A stretch of 64,000 nucleotides of DNA from Hydrolagus affinis (Eukaryota). Positions 1 through 12,357 of the stretch are shown here, piece after piece. Both the position numbers and the translations under genes were made by a program. Each line of letters opens with the position of its first letter. Position 1 is the stretch's first letter. The notes beneath the pieces are model-generated. The model ran no database searches, had not been told where the DNA came from, and worked only from the letters and a program-made list of their open reading frames with translations. Location: contig JAAILG010000241.1 of NCBI GenBank assembly GCA_012026655.1, forward strand, positions 1-64,000, in the 5' to 3' direction.

Positions 1-129
1 GCACCCGGAATGCGCGCGCAGTCCGAATGCGCGCGCATGCGCAGTACGAAAAAATCGATATTTCGGTATATCTCGATATGAGCCCATCGATATATTTAAT
101 CGGGAAAATATCCATATCGACGTCCCCTA
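1..129. mobile_element. End of a CpG-rich, hAT-like non-autonomous DNA transposon (truncated by window edge)
   Basis: Reverse complement begins TAGGGGACGTCGATATGG (TAGGG-type terminus), followed by repeated ATCGAT/ATCGG subterminal motifs; CpG-dense compared with flanking DNA. The other end and TSD are not visible. Confidence 0.55.
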
Positions 130-3100
130 CGCTATACAAATGTAATTTTGTTGTTATTATTCAGAACTTCTAAAAACGTTTTGACTTTTAGCAGGCTTGA
201 CCAGTTTGTATAGTTTATAGAATGGACTTCCTTATGTTTATCACTATCACTAATCACTAACACGTGAGAATCGAATAACCTTAAAATACATCTGAGTTTT
301 GTGTCAGCTGTAAACTTCTAATAATAATAAATTTGACAATAGAGGACACTGAACAGAACTTGCCCCACTGTGACATGTTATGTAAGCTGGTTTGGTGTTA
401 ACTCTGTCCAAGAGCACGTGTCAACATAATAACCCAAACTTCAATGAAAGTCGTGAACACTGGATCCACCCAATACTAATCCAGCATTACCGCTCTGATA
501 AATTTGGCCCACAAGGTAGCTGACATGTCTATAATGTAGGTAGGTTTAACTTGGGCAGGCAGATTATATTGGCCACAATGCCAGGTCCTCCAGCTTTATT
601 TTGTCCAAGATTGAGCTATGTATGTTTATTGCTTCCCCAAGTTTCAGAATAAACCATAGTGTAAGCCACTGTTATACAGGCAGTGTGAGACAATAATTCG
701 CTTCTGATAACAAAGATGTTCATAGTCAAAAGTGGGGAACCTCCACGCGATAGACAATGCATTCAAATAACAGAATTAAATCAGATTTGTTATACAGTAC
801 ATTAACCACAACTGGCAAGATATTCTTGGCTATGGCTATTAATATTTGCCTTTACAGTATGTACACTTTGACAAGCAAGCTCGAAGAAATACTCATTTCT
901 TTTTTATGTGCAGGAGTTATTGAAGGATTATTTTCCAAAAGTAGGTTTTGTGTGATTAATACAAAATGTCACTTCCTTTTTTTCATATATTGCTACTGGT
1001 TAAATTTTAAATTGGAAAGTTTTTGTCTTCATCTTACAAGGCTAGTGAAGGCTCCTAAGGCTATGTGACTGATTGCTTGGCTCATCAGCACAATGCTCTA
1101 AACTGTAATCTCTAAATCAGTTGGTGATTTAATTATTTTGCTTCATTTTCTTTGTTGTTAGAAGGGCAGAGAACTGGAACTAGACACTGAAGCAACTTTC
1201 TTATAAATGTGGGTTCAAACCAATTGGAGGTTGAGGAACCAAAGAGAAAAATTGGTTAAAAAGATAGATAAATGTAGTATTTCCTGTGGTAATTAACCTG
1301 CTGGGATCACGACTCTCCCCAGCTGATTGTGGAGTAGCATTTAAGCAGAGGGACATGATCTTTGAATCTTGCTGTCTGGAAGATGCAAATGATAGTGGCT
1401 GAGAGGAATGCCAATAGAATAGGTGAATGCGGAAAGCTTTTCTAAAAATTTTGTGACCCTCTTAGCAATTCTAGTTTCCTGTAAACTATTAAAACATACA
1501 AGTGTCCCCATTCCCACTTTTAGAATACAGTATATTTGTCCTAGTTATTTATAGATTGCACACTCCACCATACTGGGAAATGCAACAGTGTGTTAACACA
1601 GGTGAAAACATCCAACAGAACAGCAAATATAAATGATCACTTTTCAGGAGTGTTTGTTATAGTTATTTGCCACACTTTACTTATTTAATTCAAGGATAAT
1701 AATAATAATAAAAGGATGATGGTGTTTCTCTTTGGTCACTTTCAAAATAGCAGTTGTTCCAAATAAAGCTGTGAGTTGGATAGACTTGGTCACTATCCTT
1801 TAAGCAGAGGACAACCCTCTGTCAGTTAATATTAGCCGAAGATGTGCTTTCTGTCTTAGAAACTGTTCAACATACTGCTTACTTCTGTTTGCTGTCTCAC
1901 AATCCTCTGTCGATTCTCAAACATCTGAGCATCTTTGGTTCCAACAGACTGGTCTGACTGGCTATTTCATACCCTGAAAGCTAATGATGTGGATATCAGG
2001 GTTTGAGTGGGAATAGAATACTATATTTAATTATGTCAACTGCAACATAACGTGGTCATGGTGTAAAGGACACTGATAGAGCTCAAAGGGGTCTGGACAA
2101 CAGATTGATAAGGGATGACTGAAAGACCTCAATGAAGACACCTTCTAAGTTATTGTACTCTGTACATGAAATGTGTGAAACATGAACAAATGCCCATTAA
2201 CAGAGTGAATAATAATTTGGATATGATTACTCTCCCTTTACATCCAGTTCACATGAAGTTAAAAAAAGGTCTGGACTATATCTCAAAGGCATCTGAATTT
2301 TGTTTTGAATCCTGGCATTTGCATGTTTTAAGTAATGTTATTTTAACCCTGTGTAAATAATTTCTTAGATATTTTTAGAACAGTGTGTGCACCCTGACTT
2401 AAATGGTAGCAAGGAATCTGAAAATGGTGACCAGGCTCTTCCAGACCTTGGGAATTATTTTGAAGTGGCAAAGAATGAATCTGATAAATAATAAAGATTC
2501 AGTAGATTATCTAACTTTGAATGTAATTTCAAAAATTCAGGAATCAAAATACAAAATTGAATGTTAAGTAATGTTTCAATTTTCTCCATACGCACCACAC
2601 ACACACTCCCAATTAAGAGAACTGGAATAAACTTGCAGTAATGGCAGATAATGTTGTGGTAATTCTCTAGATTTGCTTTTAAAAAAAAAAAATTTCAAGG
2701 TTAAAAATGAAGTTATTTGTTTTATACTTAGATCCTTCAATTAAAATACCTATAGAAGACATGGTACTGGGAACATTGTGCTTCATATTTGGAATATTAG
2801 CTGGTCATAACTATGTGTGTGTTCAGCATAGTTAGATCAATACTGTATTCTAGAGTTTAACTTTATTAGTCTGACTCAATCATGGGTTCGGTAGGGAAAG
2901 AACTACAACTTTGCTTAGTTGCATGAATTGTGTAGACTGAAGTTTCTAGGATATTATCTCTGGAGGACTTTGTCAATGGGCTTCGTAATGACTACTTAGG
3001 TCAACATAAATAAGATAAAACACCTTTCTGATTGTTGATGGAATGTTTGTGTTTCAAACAAAAGTAAATATTTCCACCAATCGCCAATGATATTCTGCCA

Positions 3101-4982
3101 ATAATCCCATTATTGTGATGCCCGCAATCGCTTAATCACCTGGGCTCTACCAGTTTCACTACTACTGAAATCATTTGTTTTGTAGCCATGTTCTTTGCCA
3201 TAACCATCAACTTCAAGTAACAAAAGGTCTGGGTCTTTCCATTAGCATTTATTTAAAACAGGACTGTACAGATTTTTAAGAGATTAAATAACTTGTGCTC
3301 ACCCGACAACAACCTTTATCTGGGGGGGATAAAGAACCTTAACGTCTGGCAATTTGAAGACCATTCTCCTTCCTTTGTTTTGTTACAAGTAAATCCAAAG
3401 TATTCTTGCCTAGAAATGCTATTCATTAAGTGTATATTCTTAAATTTAGCCATCATTTGGAAATTGCGTTAAGATCAAGAGCAAACAGAATGTTTATTTT
3501 ACAGCCTTGTTGAAATTTCTCTCAGTAAAGCTTTTCTACCTTGACCTACCTTGTATTAATAAGTGAATGCATTTTAACTAAGCAGTTTGTCAGTTAATAA
3601 AAATGAAGCCATTCAATCCTAACTTACACATTGCTTCCTTGATACTTTTGATGATAGATCAGTGGTAAGATCATCATTATCTACCCATAAGTCATGCATA
3701 CTAGTTTCAAATTCAATTTGTTTCTATTATAAACAAATTCAATAGCTTTCCTTTAATACTCAGGGTTTATTCTATGACCGACTTGTACGTAATAATCAAT
3801 GCGATGCACAGAATCCGAAAAGCATCCTTTCCAGTTTGGCACCAGGTAAATTATGTGTTTATTGTCGCATTGTCCTCTGCAAATTTTTGCTTCTCTTGTG
3901 AAGCAAACTATTCATTTATATATTCATTCTCATGGATTCACAATTCTAGCTGAAATAACATTACATTGAACAAGTAGTACTGTGTATTAGTATGTGAATG
4001 CATTTTTAATTAAATACTGCATGATGACAATCCTGCTGAGGTATGAGATCACTTTAGTCTTCATATATTAGTTTTTTTTGTTACTGATCTTCCTCTCTCG
4101 ATGTCCCATTCAAGAAAGTCTAAACCTATGACCAGACAGAAAAAATCAAAGCCTTCTATTGGAACATTATCTTAAGCTTCCTCCAAGATTCTATGAATTG
4201 TAGTCTCTATTGTTGGCTGATATTTTACAAGGATTTCCAATTGAGATTGATTTCTTCATGCATTTACTTCATTCACTTCCATTTTCCTGTTGCTTTTTTG
4301 TTGTTGAAATTGCAGAGTTTAGTCACATTCCTATTTTTAGCATCTTCTTTGTCATACCTGTACCTCTGTTAGCCTTGATTCCTTTAGGATCTCAAAGCAG
4401 GATGAATTAACATCACTTTATTTCTTTGTGTTTACTGCTCTGATTGCAAAGTGCTTCACTGATTCCTGATAATCATGTCTGTGGTAATATACCAAGTTCA
4501 AATGTACATTTCAGATTTGTAATTCCCCACACCATTACATTTAAGAGAAGTATTTCTTATCCATAGACTACTATACTGTGATATTGGCCATATGATGTTA
4601 CTGTTCGATCAGGAGTTAAAGGACAACTAAACTCTTAAAAAACACATATAGAATATACACTTTAAATTGTCAAGTATGAAGCTGATTGTCTAATACTGTA
4701 TATAACAGAGTAACATTGAAAGAAGGAAGGCCAAATACCTTCATGTGTTCACATTACAATTGAGACAAAAAACGGAATATTAAACCACAATGAAGAATAT
4801 CTAAAAAGACTGTCTTTGGGGAAGCCTCTAGTATTTGTATTTCCTGGTCAATCATTTTCTGGTTACACTGTTTGTTAATTGGTAAACACAGCTAGTGTTT
4901 AACCATGTGGTCCTTGGGACTAATATCACTTTATAAACATCAACTTTGAAAAGATAACGCTAATATCAAATCATCGACCTAC

Positions 4983-5119
4983 ATGTTTGGGTATTGATTT
5001 GCCAGAGCAGGAATGGTGACTTTGTACAGGAAAAGCTGCCTTTGATCTGGCCCAATGGCAGAGTGAAGCTGGTAAACTGGTTGTCCCCAGTTATTTTTTT
5101 GGCAGATATCTTCCAGGAT
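4983..5119 (-). CDS. A1CF: A1CF coding exon 9 (start of C-terminal dsRBM-like region, ILEDICQKNNWGQPVYQLHSAIGPDQRQLFLYKVTIPALANQYPN)
   Basis: 137 nt; cag acceptor at 5120-5122, GTAGGT donor at 4982; peptide matches the A1CF/RBM47 family C-terminal domain. Confidence 0.96.
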
Positions 5120-5246
5120 CTGTGGTTGAAGCAAAATTGCATTTTGTTTTAGAATTAGCTTAATTTGAATTGAATTTTTTTTCAATGTACAGTAACTTGT
5201 TTGATAAACCTTGAAAATGTTGAAGCGGCTTAAAAGTAACTCCTAC

Positions 5247-5464
5247 CTGAGATGGATGCTTCATTCCTTGAGGTTTTAGTGTGACTGGATTGGTTGGAGT
5301 AAGCTCCATTCCAGGCAAGAGGTCGTAAAGTTTATCCTCTTGTCTTTTATCCATTTTCATGTGGTAACCAGCAAACCCACGGCCAAGACCCGGGTAAGCC
5401 AAATAACCGCGACCTCCCAGCCCTCTTACTCCTGCAGCCCCTACAGGTACACTCATGTAAATTT
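5247..5464 (-). CDS. A1CF: A1CF coding exon 8 (EIYMSVPVGAAGVRGLGGRGYLAY...KHPSQ; RG-rich region), with alternative internal acceptor at 5440
   Basis: 218 nt; ttcctag acceptor, CAG|GTAGGA donor; phase-1 start completes the Glu codon from the previous exon. Confidence 0.96.
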
Positions 5465-7048
5465 CTAGGAATGCAAGAAGGCATCAAACTGAATCACCAG
5501 TATCACCCTGATTGTCACTTAAATAAAAATGTTAGCCTCAATAGCACAGTTATTTTGTTACTGAAAGGTGGCATTCATTATTTTTGTTCTTCCTCATTCA
5601 GTACTGTACTGAAGATATCATCATGTTTGGCAATTGTAATGCTCTCAGAACTGAGGTGGATGAAATATTTCCCTCGGTCATGAAGCTTGCAGTCAACAAT
5701 GCAATGATTACATTTGTTTTTGCTTGTAACTTTAAAGAATCCCTCATTTGCAAGATTAATGAAGAACAGGAATCCAAAGCTAAGGTCTGTGCTGTAAAGC
5801 ATTGTTTTAGCTGATACATCACCATCAAATAAAAATTATGCCAATTATTGTTTAGCAAGCTCACCTTTTGAAATACTGTATCATCTATGTTTGAGGCTAA
5901 ACATTTATTTAAAACATGCATCGATCAAAATATGATTTTTTCGGTTATTTAATAAAATGATTTGTTTCAGTTATTTAATAATGAGTGAAAAGTGCATTTT
6001 ATCAGACAATACATATTTTAAATATGCACTTTTTGATTGAATTTTCAGTTCCTTCAAAGAGATATATTGTACTGTTGAAGAATGATGAAGTAAAGTAGCT
6101 ACTGATTGCAATGTTCTATGGTTAGTATTCAATAAATATATTCGTAAACCTGCATTTATGGCACCCATTCCTAATATTAAAATCGGTTCCTTCACAAAAT
6201 TAAATTAATATTTTGATAGTAAGAATGATTCCCTTAATGACAACTTGTAATTGTTTTGCATGCAGCAATTCTAAAAGATTAACAGATTGGGCACAACTAA
6301 AATACTGTGAATACATAATGAATAAGATAGCTTGGCTCACACAGGTAACACTGAAACTGATGGACTCTATACAAAAATTAGTTGCATTTACATATCCCAT
6401 TTAGTTTCTCTTCCAATTACCAGTTTTATTCAGACCAAATAGTTAAGTGTGATTTCTGCCCAAAGTAGGGCTAAAAGGGCTGGAGGGTCAGATTGACATC
6501 CTTTATTTTGGCCTTATTTTGCTCTTTGTCTGGTCTGGAAAGTGCATTTAACTGTTCTGCTTTTACCACAGATTTAAATCGAGGAGTGTCTGTCGGTTTT
6601 GTAATTATTGCTAAGAATTAGCTGGAATGTCTCACCAGTACTCTAATACTGTTTTCTGCAATGGTTTGTGGTCTGTGGCTACCCAAACACTGGGTCCCAA
6701 ATCTCACCCAAGCTATGCTGAGGGCAAGTTGTCCAAAAAAGGTTCTAATTTGCCCGTTGATCAATACATGATGAATAGCAACAATGAGAACTGGAATAGA
6801 AAGCAGATTTAACTTATTTACGTGGAAGAAGGCTCGAGCATTTGAACAATTCTTTGTTCTGTTTTTATGCTTTTAGAAAATAATTTCTGTTGGGAAGCCC
6901 TGTTGGGAATTTCTGTTGGGAATCCTCATCAGTTTATGAAGGCACCAGCTCTAATATTCAGAATGAGTGTTATAGTAAAGCTGGTGATTCCAGCTGTTAT
7001 TGAAAGATAGAAAAAAAAGGCAAATTACAGTATGAAGATAGGAGTTAC

Positions 7049-7319
7049 CTCTCACAGAGGGAGTTCGTATCATTCCTCGTGCACTGAGCTGCGTCTTGTT
7101 TGGGAACCGCAGGTTGGGAATAGCAGCATAGGCCTGAGGCGCATAGAAAACGGGAGCTCCGAGATAAGCAGCTGCTGGATCATATACCTGTCCTAAAGTG
7201 TATGTATAATCTCCCTGCAGGTTTGCCCCTCGGCCACCTGTTCCCCGAGTATACCGCACGTAATTGTCCTTATCCACAGGCTTGGCCAATGTAACCTCAA
7301 TTGGGGAGCCATCCAATAC
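7049..7319 (-). CDS. A1CF: A1CF coding exon 7 (VLDGSPIEVTLAKPVDKD...RTPSVR; end of RRM3 and auxiliary region)
   Basis: 271 nt; aag acceptor, G|GTAAC donor; peptide present in ORF track 6951..7346. Confidence 0.96.
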
Positions 7320-7411
7320 CTTTAAGCAGTGCAGAAAATGTATCACTAATCATACTTTCCATTAGATTATAAAAAGCAAACAACATCAGTGATTAAAGAT
7401 TTTAATAGTAC

Positions 7412-7509
7412 CTTTCCATTCATTGCACCCATAGTGTTAATGGCATCTTCCCGGGTAATAAAGTGAACAAATGCATAGTCTCGGATTTTTTTTACTCTTT
7501 CAACTGTGC
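7412..7509 (-). CDS. A1CF: A1CF coding exon 6 ([33 protein letters not shown]; RRM3 RNP1)
   Basis: 98 nt, translated by hand (not in ORF track); tttcag acceptor, AAG|GTACT donor; followed by a 92-nt intron. Confidence 0.96.
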
Positions 7510-8234
7510 CTGAAAGCAACATATCAGAACCATGTTGTTGTACATTTCACAACACTGTACATCCTTTATTTATTTCTCATTAGTAATCAGTTTCCTAATA
7601 TTTTAAGAATTATACAAAATACTACACATGAATTGAGTGTGTCTGCCTCAAGGACCATCCAATTTATTGTATACAGCATATAGAAAAATAGAATCTGGAG
7701 TAGACCATTCAGCCCAGCAAGCCTGTTCCATATCTTTCAATTACATTACTTCTGCTCTGCATTACATTATTCCCAAATCTGCTGTCTGGCTGCCATCCCA
7801 ACCCTTTCTGACGGCTTTTTAGTTCATTAGCTATGAATCGAAATTGCATAATAATGATCAAAGTCAAGTGCCTTAAAAGCAGTAATAGATTCAATTGGCC
7901 TCTTGCCCACTCGCTAATTTACCAGAAATAATCAATATGTTTGTCCTGTCTTCTATCCCTTCACGCATATTCATTTCCTAAGATAAGTCAATTCCAATCA
8001 TTTGCAACATAGTTTATGATAATTGCAGTAAACAGCTTGATATTGTTTACCATGCTATATTTTGGTCGCATATAATGCTAATGCATTATATGCGTTTAAT
8101 GCTAAAAATGCATTTATACAATCGTCTTAAAAATGTAACATAAGAGGAGTAGAATTTTAGAAACATTTCCTTATTAAGTGAGTCCAAATTTTCAATCATT
8201 GAGAATGAAATCAAATTGGCACTGCTGGTCGTAC

Positions 8235-8399
8235 CTGGTTTGATGTTGCTGAATTCTTTTTCGATTGTTTCTTCAGTGGTTGATAGCATCAGATTACGCA
8301 CATATAAAATTTTGACTGATGACATTGTTTCCTCATCAACTTCAACCTCTGGCTCAGCCCAATCTACTGCTATAGGGTGTCCCCATAACTGAATTCTTC
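8235..8399 (-). CDS. A1CF: A1CF coding exon 5 ([37 protein letters not shown]...NIKP)
   Basis: 165 nt; tttag acceptor, G|GTACG donor; hnRNP R/Q-family RRM2-RRM3 junction. Confidence 0.97.
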
Positions 8400-8784
8400 C
8401 TAAATCAAAAAGAGACATTAAGCTGACTCATCAATCCTTCATTACTACATTATTATTTATTCTTATAATTTTTTTAATTGAACAGTAAATCAGAAAGTGT
8501 GATTATCATAATGTAAGTTGCAGCATTTCAATCCCAAGCTTGTTTGTATTGTGAATACTTCTTTTTAGACTTGATATTGAAATGTTAAGGGAGTCTATAT
8601 TTTTGTCCATATTTTGGAATAAAACTGGTCTATACTGTTGTATCAAGATTTGTTGAGTCAAAATTAACAGTAAAAGCTATTTCCCTGTACCTCCACACAG
8701 TTTATAAAGCTGCTTCCTATATTGAGAGCTACCCAATCAAACTATCTGTAAAACACTTCCTCTATGCTACAGAATGTTTCAAAC

Positions 8785-9023
8785 CTGGTAATAGTTTCCT
8801 TCTTGCCATGGCTGCAGCCCGATGGCTATCGTACTCCACAAATGCAAAGCCCCGGTTTTTGGTTTTATCAGCTGCACTGGGGTACACGATTACATCAACA
8901 ACCCCTTCTGTGACTTTCTTCATTTCTGCCAAAATTTCATCTCTTCGCTTTGTCTTGGGGATTCCACCAACAAACAAACGGCAGTTGTCAACACTTGCAC
9001 ACACACCCAAAAGCCGTCCATTT
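8785..9023 (-). CDS. A1CF: A1CF coding exon 4 ([23 protein letters not shown]...RGFAFVEY...RRKLLP; RRM2)
   Basis: 239 nt; tgtag acceptor, G|GTTTG donor; RNP2 LFVGGI and RNP1 RGFAFVEY. Confidence 0.97.
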
Positions 9024-9782
9024 CTACAGGAAATTAAGGACCTGCGTTATTTGCGATGATTAGTAAGTAGATTTGATCTGATTTGCAGTATTTCTTATTG
9101 AATTTCTTATTGGAATCAATGGATCATAAGGAAAATTGAAAAGTCCTTACACTAAAGTCTTTTCTTGAGTTTTGAGTTTTTTTTAAATTGAAAAACCACA
9201 AAGAAGAAATCCATAAGACCTTTTAAGACAATTAAGATCTGCCCAATATATTCAGAATAAAATTTGCATAATTAAATGATTTTTTTTAATGGAAAAAAGC
9301 CAACACTTATTTCTTGAAACTGCAATATTGCTATTTTTTGTGGAGCATTCCCAACATCTTACAAGAAAACTACAATGTTTTTCTCATTGATTCGTGTTCT
9401 TACAAGTTAAAGAAGACCCAACATTCAATTAATAGAATTATTATAATAATCCTGGAATTTGATATAGCACCTTTTTATATCAGTGAGACATCTCAAAATG
9501 CTTCACAGAACACACAATTGACTAATAATTATATTATATATTCAAATAATTATATTTTTTCAAACCTTTTTCCCTGTTTGCAAACCATTTGTTAGTGTGT
9601 AAAACGCATCATACTTTACAATGATTTAGCAATCTGTTATGTTTCTTATCTATTTGGGGTTTGGCTAAATAAACTGCTTATTCTCCAGTATCCATTGGGA
9701 CTTTGGGTATAATTTATTGCCTTGATTTCAGCAACTCTTACAAGAAGTATTGTAGTTGTCCTCAGTTGCATTAAAAACTAAC

Positions 9783-9913
9783 CTTATTTCATAATTATTA
9801 AGCTGTTTAATTGCATTTCTGGCTTCTTGTCTATTCGAAAACAATACAAAGGCATATCCCCTATTATTTCCATTAAAATCCATCATCATCCGTAATTCAT
9901 ATATTTTTCCAAT
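9783..9913 (-). CDS. A1CF: A1CF coding exon 3 (IGKIYELRMMMDFNGNNRGYAFV...NNYEIR; RRM1)
   Basis: 131 nt; ttttcag acceptor, AG|GTTAGT donor; RNP1 RGYAFV. Confidence 0.97.
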
Positions 9914-10589
9914 CTGAAAAACAATGATAGAAATGTCATGTGAATGGAATGAAAACAGATTATTATTTGTCTTCACTTTTTTAGAATTCGAAAAGAAAAG
10001 ATACTTGGCTTCTTTCCTTTCTTAATGGACAAAATTCTCTGCAATATACAGTATATAGAAAATTTGAAGGAAAATACCCGTAGTTTAACCACACTGCATA
10101 GTAATACATTTTACATGACAGATTTTAAGTCTTCTTCAGAGGTTTGTGCGTGATGCTAATGTGCCTCATTTTCAGTGAGGAAACACAAAAGGAAATAGAA
10201 CAGGTATAATGAAAAGTTGTCCGTGGTTTGTAAAACAGTAGTTCCATTTAATAGGCGATGGTAAAGGATAAGGATTTCAGATTGACTGTGGTACCCATTT
10301 GAAGTTTCTTGCCCCTATACAATGCTACCAGCTAACTACTGTACTTCACATACACAGCTCATATTGGGCTTTTGATGGAAAATCAGGAAAACTGTATTGC
10401 TTTCTACACCATTCTGACTCCAACTTAAATGAGTGCAAATGTTCCAAAGTCTTTTCTTGGAACATTCAACAGAGAGCATCTTGGAATGCTTGGAGACCCC
10501 AAATTACTGGACTTCATGAGGCAATTTCAGACCAAAAAATCCTTAGCTAATCAACAACTGAGTTACCTAAATTAAGTTAGCTGTAGCTT

Positions 10590-10860
10590 TTTATATATTC
10601 ACATCCACGATCTCTTGGGGGAGAGAATACCAGATTCCTACCATCCTTCGAGTGAAAAAATGCTTCCTGAATTCACTCTTAAATGGCCTAGTTCTAATTC
10701 TAAGACCATGTCCCCATGTTTTGGATTTCCCCACCAGAGGAAGTAGCTTCTCTCTATCTACCCTATCAAATCCCTTTATCATCTTAAATACCTCAATCAA
10801 ATCACCCCTCAACCTTCGAAACTCAAGGATATACAATCCAAGTTTACACACCTTTCCTCT
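10590..10860 (-). mobile_element. CR1 LINE ORF2 3' fragment
   Basis: Translation LEFRRLRGDLIEVFKMIKGFDRVD...WGHGLRI...RKHFFTRRMVGIWYSLP is the typical CR1 ORF2 C-terminus. Confidence 0.92.
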
Positions 10861-10938
10861 GAACTTAGCCTATTATCCTGCCATTTTTAACCATTTGCCT
10901 TCTTACATTTAAAGATACAAATGTTATTAAAGCATTAC

Positions 10939-11073
10939 TTTTTCCAAAACTGGTACAAGTTCATCTTCATAAAGATCTCGTGGTAATTTGCCAATGAAAA
11001 TCTCACAGCCCCTCTCAGGAGGTAGACCTTCCCACCCTGGAGGGGGACCCCCATATTTTCTTTGCCCATTTTC
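10939..11073 (-). CDS. A1CF: A1CF coding exon 2 ([45 protein letters not shown])
   Basis: 135 nt, translated by hand; ttgcag acceptor, AAA|GTAATG donor. Confidence 0.97.
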
Positions 11074-11284
11074 CTGCAAGAGAAGAGTGGTCATCATTAA
11101 TTATTTTGAACAAGAAAGCATTCTAGCACCGTACAAATGGGAAAAAGACTTCAATAAATTGAGTACAATTAGCAATTGCAACCACAAATCCAGCCTGACA
11201 AATGTAACATTTATAAAGAGTAAAATAAATCTACACTTAGATGTCCTACAAATAGACAGCAAGTGAATGACCAATTTTTTTAGG

Positions 11285-11622
11285 GAGGATTGGTGCCCAG
11301 TACACCGAGCTAACCACCCGTCTCTTTTCGAATCATTTCATGGGATTTTTTTTGAGACATCTAGAAGACGTGAAAAGCACTATATCGAATGCAAGCATTA
11401 TTACTATTATCTTTAACGTCCACCTAAACAGACAGACAGGGCCTTGGCTTAACATCTAACATGATGGTTTCCACCTCTGCCAATCGTACATCACCAGCAC
11501 TGCGTTTAAGTTTTAACCCAGACTAAAGATCTCACATAGGGTTTGAATTAACAACCTGCTGAATCCAGAGGTGAGAGTGCTACCAAATCAGCCAAGCTGA
11601 CACCACCAGCATGGACTGATGG
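11285..11622 (-). mobile_element. Old Deu-domain-like SINE, with a younger SINE 3' tail nested at ~11352-11410
   Basis: Head (rev) GTGTCAGCTTGGCT..GGTAGCACTCTCACCTCTG; body motif gggat/ctttaacgtccacc shared with copies at 33.7 kb and 45.9 kb. Confidence 0.7.
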
Positions 11623-12258
11623 CTGATGATAGTGAATAAAATGGCTATAACAGAATCACATTCAGTAGTTTGCCTTTTTAGTACACTTCCTGAAAATGAT
11701 GCGAAAATTCTAATGGTAGCCTTTTGAATCTAATTGTTCCTATGAGCTCTCAATATTACAGATGAACATCAGCTAGAACAATCCATCGATGTGTGATGTT
11801 GCTATGTGCAATGCTGATGTGTCTCCAACTGTGTATGGGTAAACAAGGAAATAGCAGCAACTAAAATGTCATAAATGTAATCTTTGTGAAATGCATGTTT
11901 CTCCTCTCCTGTGATGTGTCAGGGATGGAAATTACCCCCAAAAACATCTAATGTTTACATTTTGGATCATTTTATTTAACAATCTGGAACACATGCTACC
12001 TTGGTACCGATTTGAATCACAATTATTTGCAATACACATCATATATGCAGAATTACTCTACAGCAAAAAAGGTTTCATGAAGGAACGTCCTGTATGCATT
12101 CTGATCTTTATTCTCGGTGAAACAAATCCCAGAAATGGCAAGAAACCATTAATTCATTATTTTCTAGCATATTTAATCAGGAAAGCTTATATTTGCTTGA
12201 AATTTTAATAAAAGAATTATTTGGAACCTGTTTTGACCTGGTGTCTTTCGCCTCCTAC

Positions 12259-12357
12259 CTGCACCAAGCTATATCCTGTGCGCTGAATCAATGCACGTAA
12301 AGTTGCTTCTTTTTGAGTTCCGGTCAATCCATCCCCGTTTTTTTGATTTGATTCCAT
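12259..12357 (-). CDS. A1CF: A1CF first coding exon (MESNQKNGDGLTGTQKEATLRALIQRTGYSLVQ); exon including 5'UTR extends to 12402
   Basis: ATG at 12357, 99 coding nt, CAG|GTAGGA donor; tttcag acceptor at 12403; N-terminus is characteristic of A1CF rather than RBM47/RBM46. Confidence 0.97.

Noticed and set aside
1400-1445. KLSAF peptide on the minus strand resembling the missing A1CF exon
   Set aside because: Flanks (LEKLSAFTYSIG) do not match the expected HPFTPP..VDEAK context; likely coincidence.
3190-3215. DGYG peptide resembling the A1CF C-terminus
   Set aside because: Not followed by TF-stop and upstream residues do not match.
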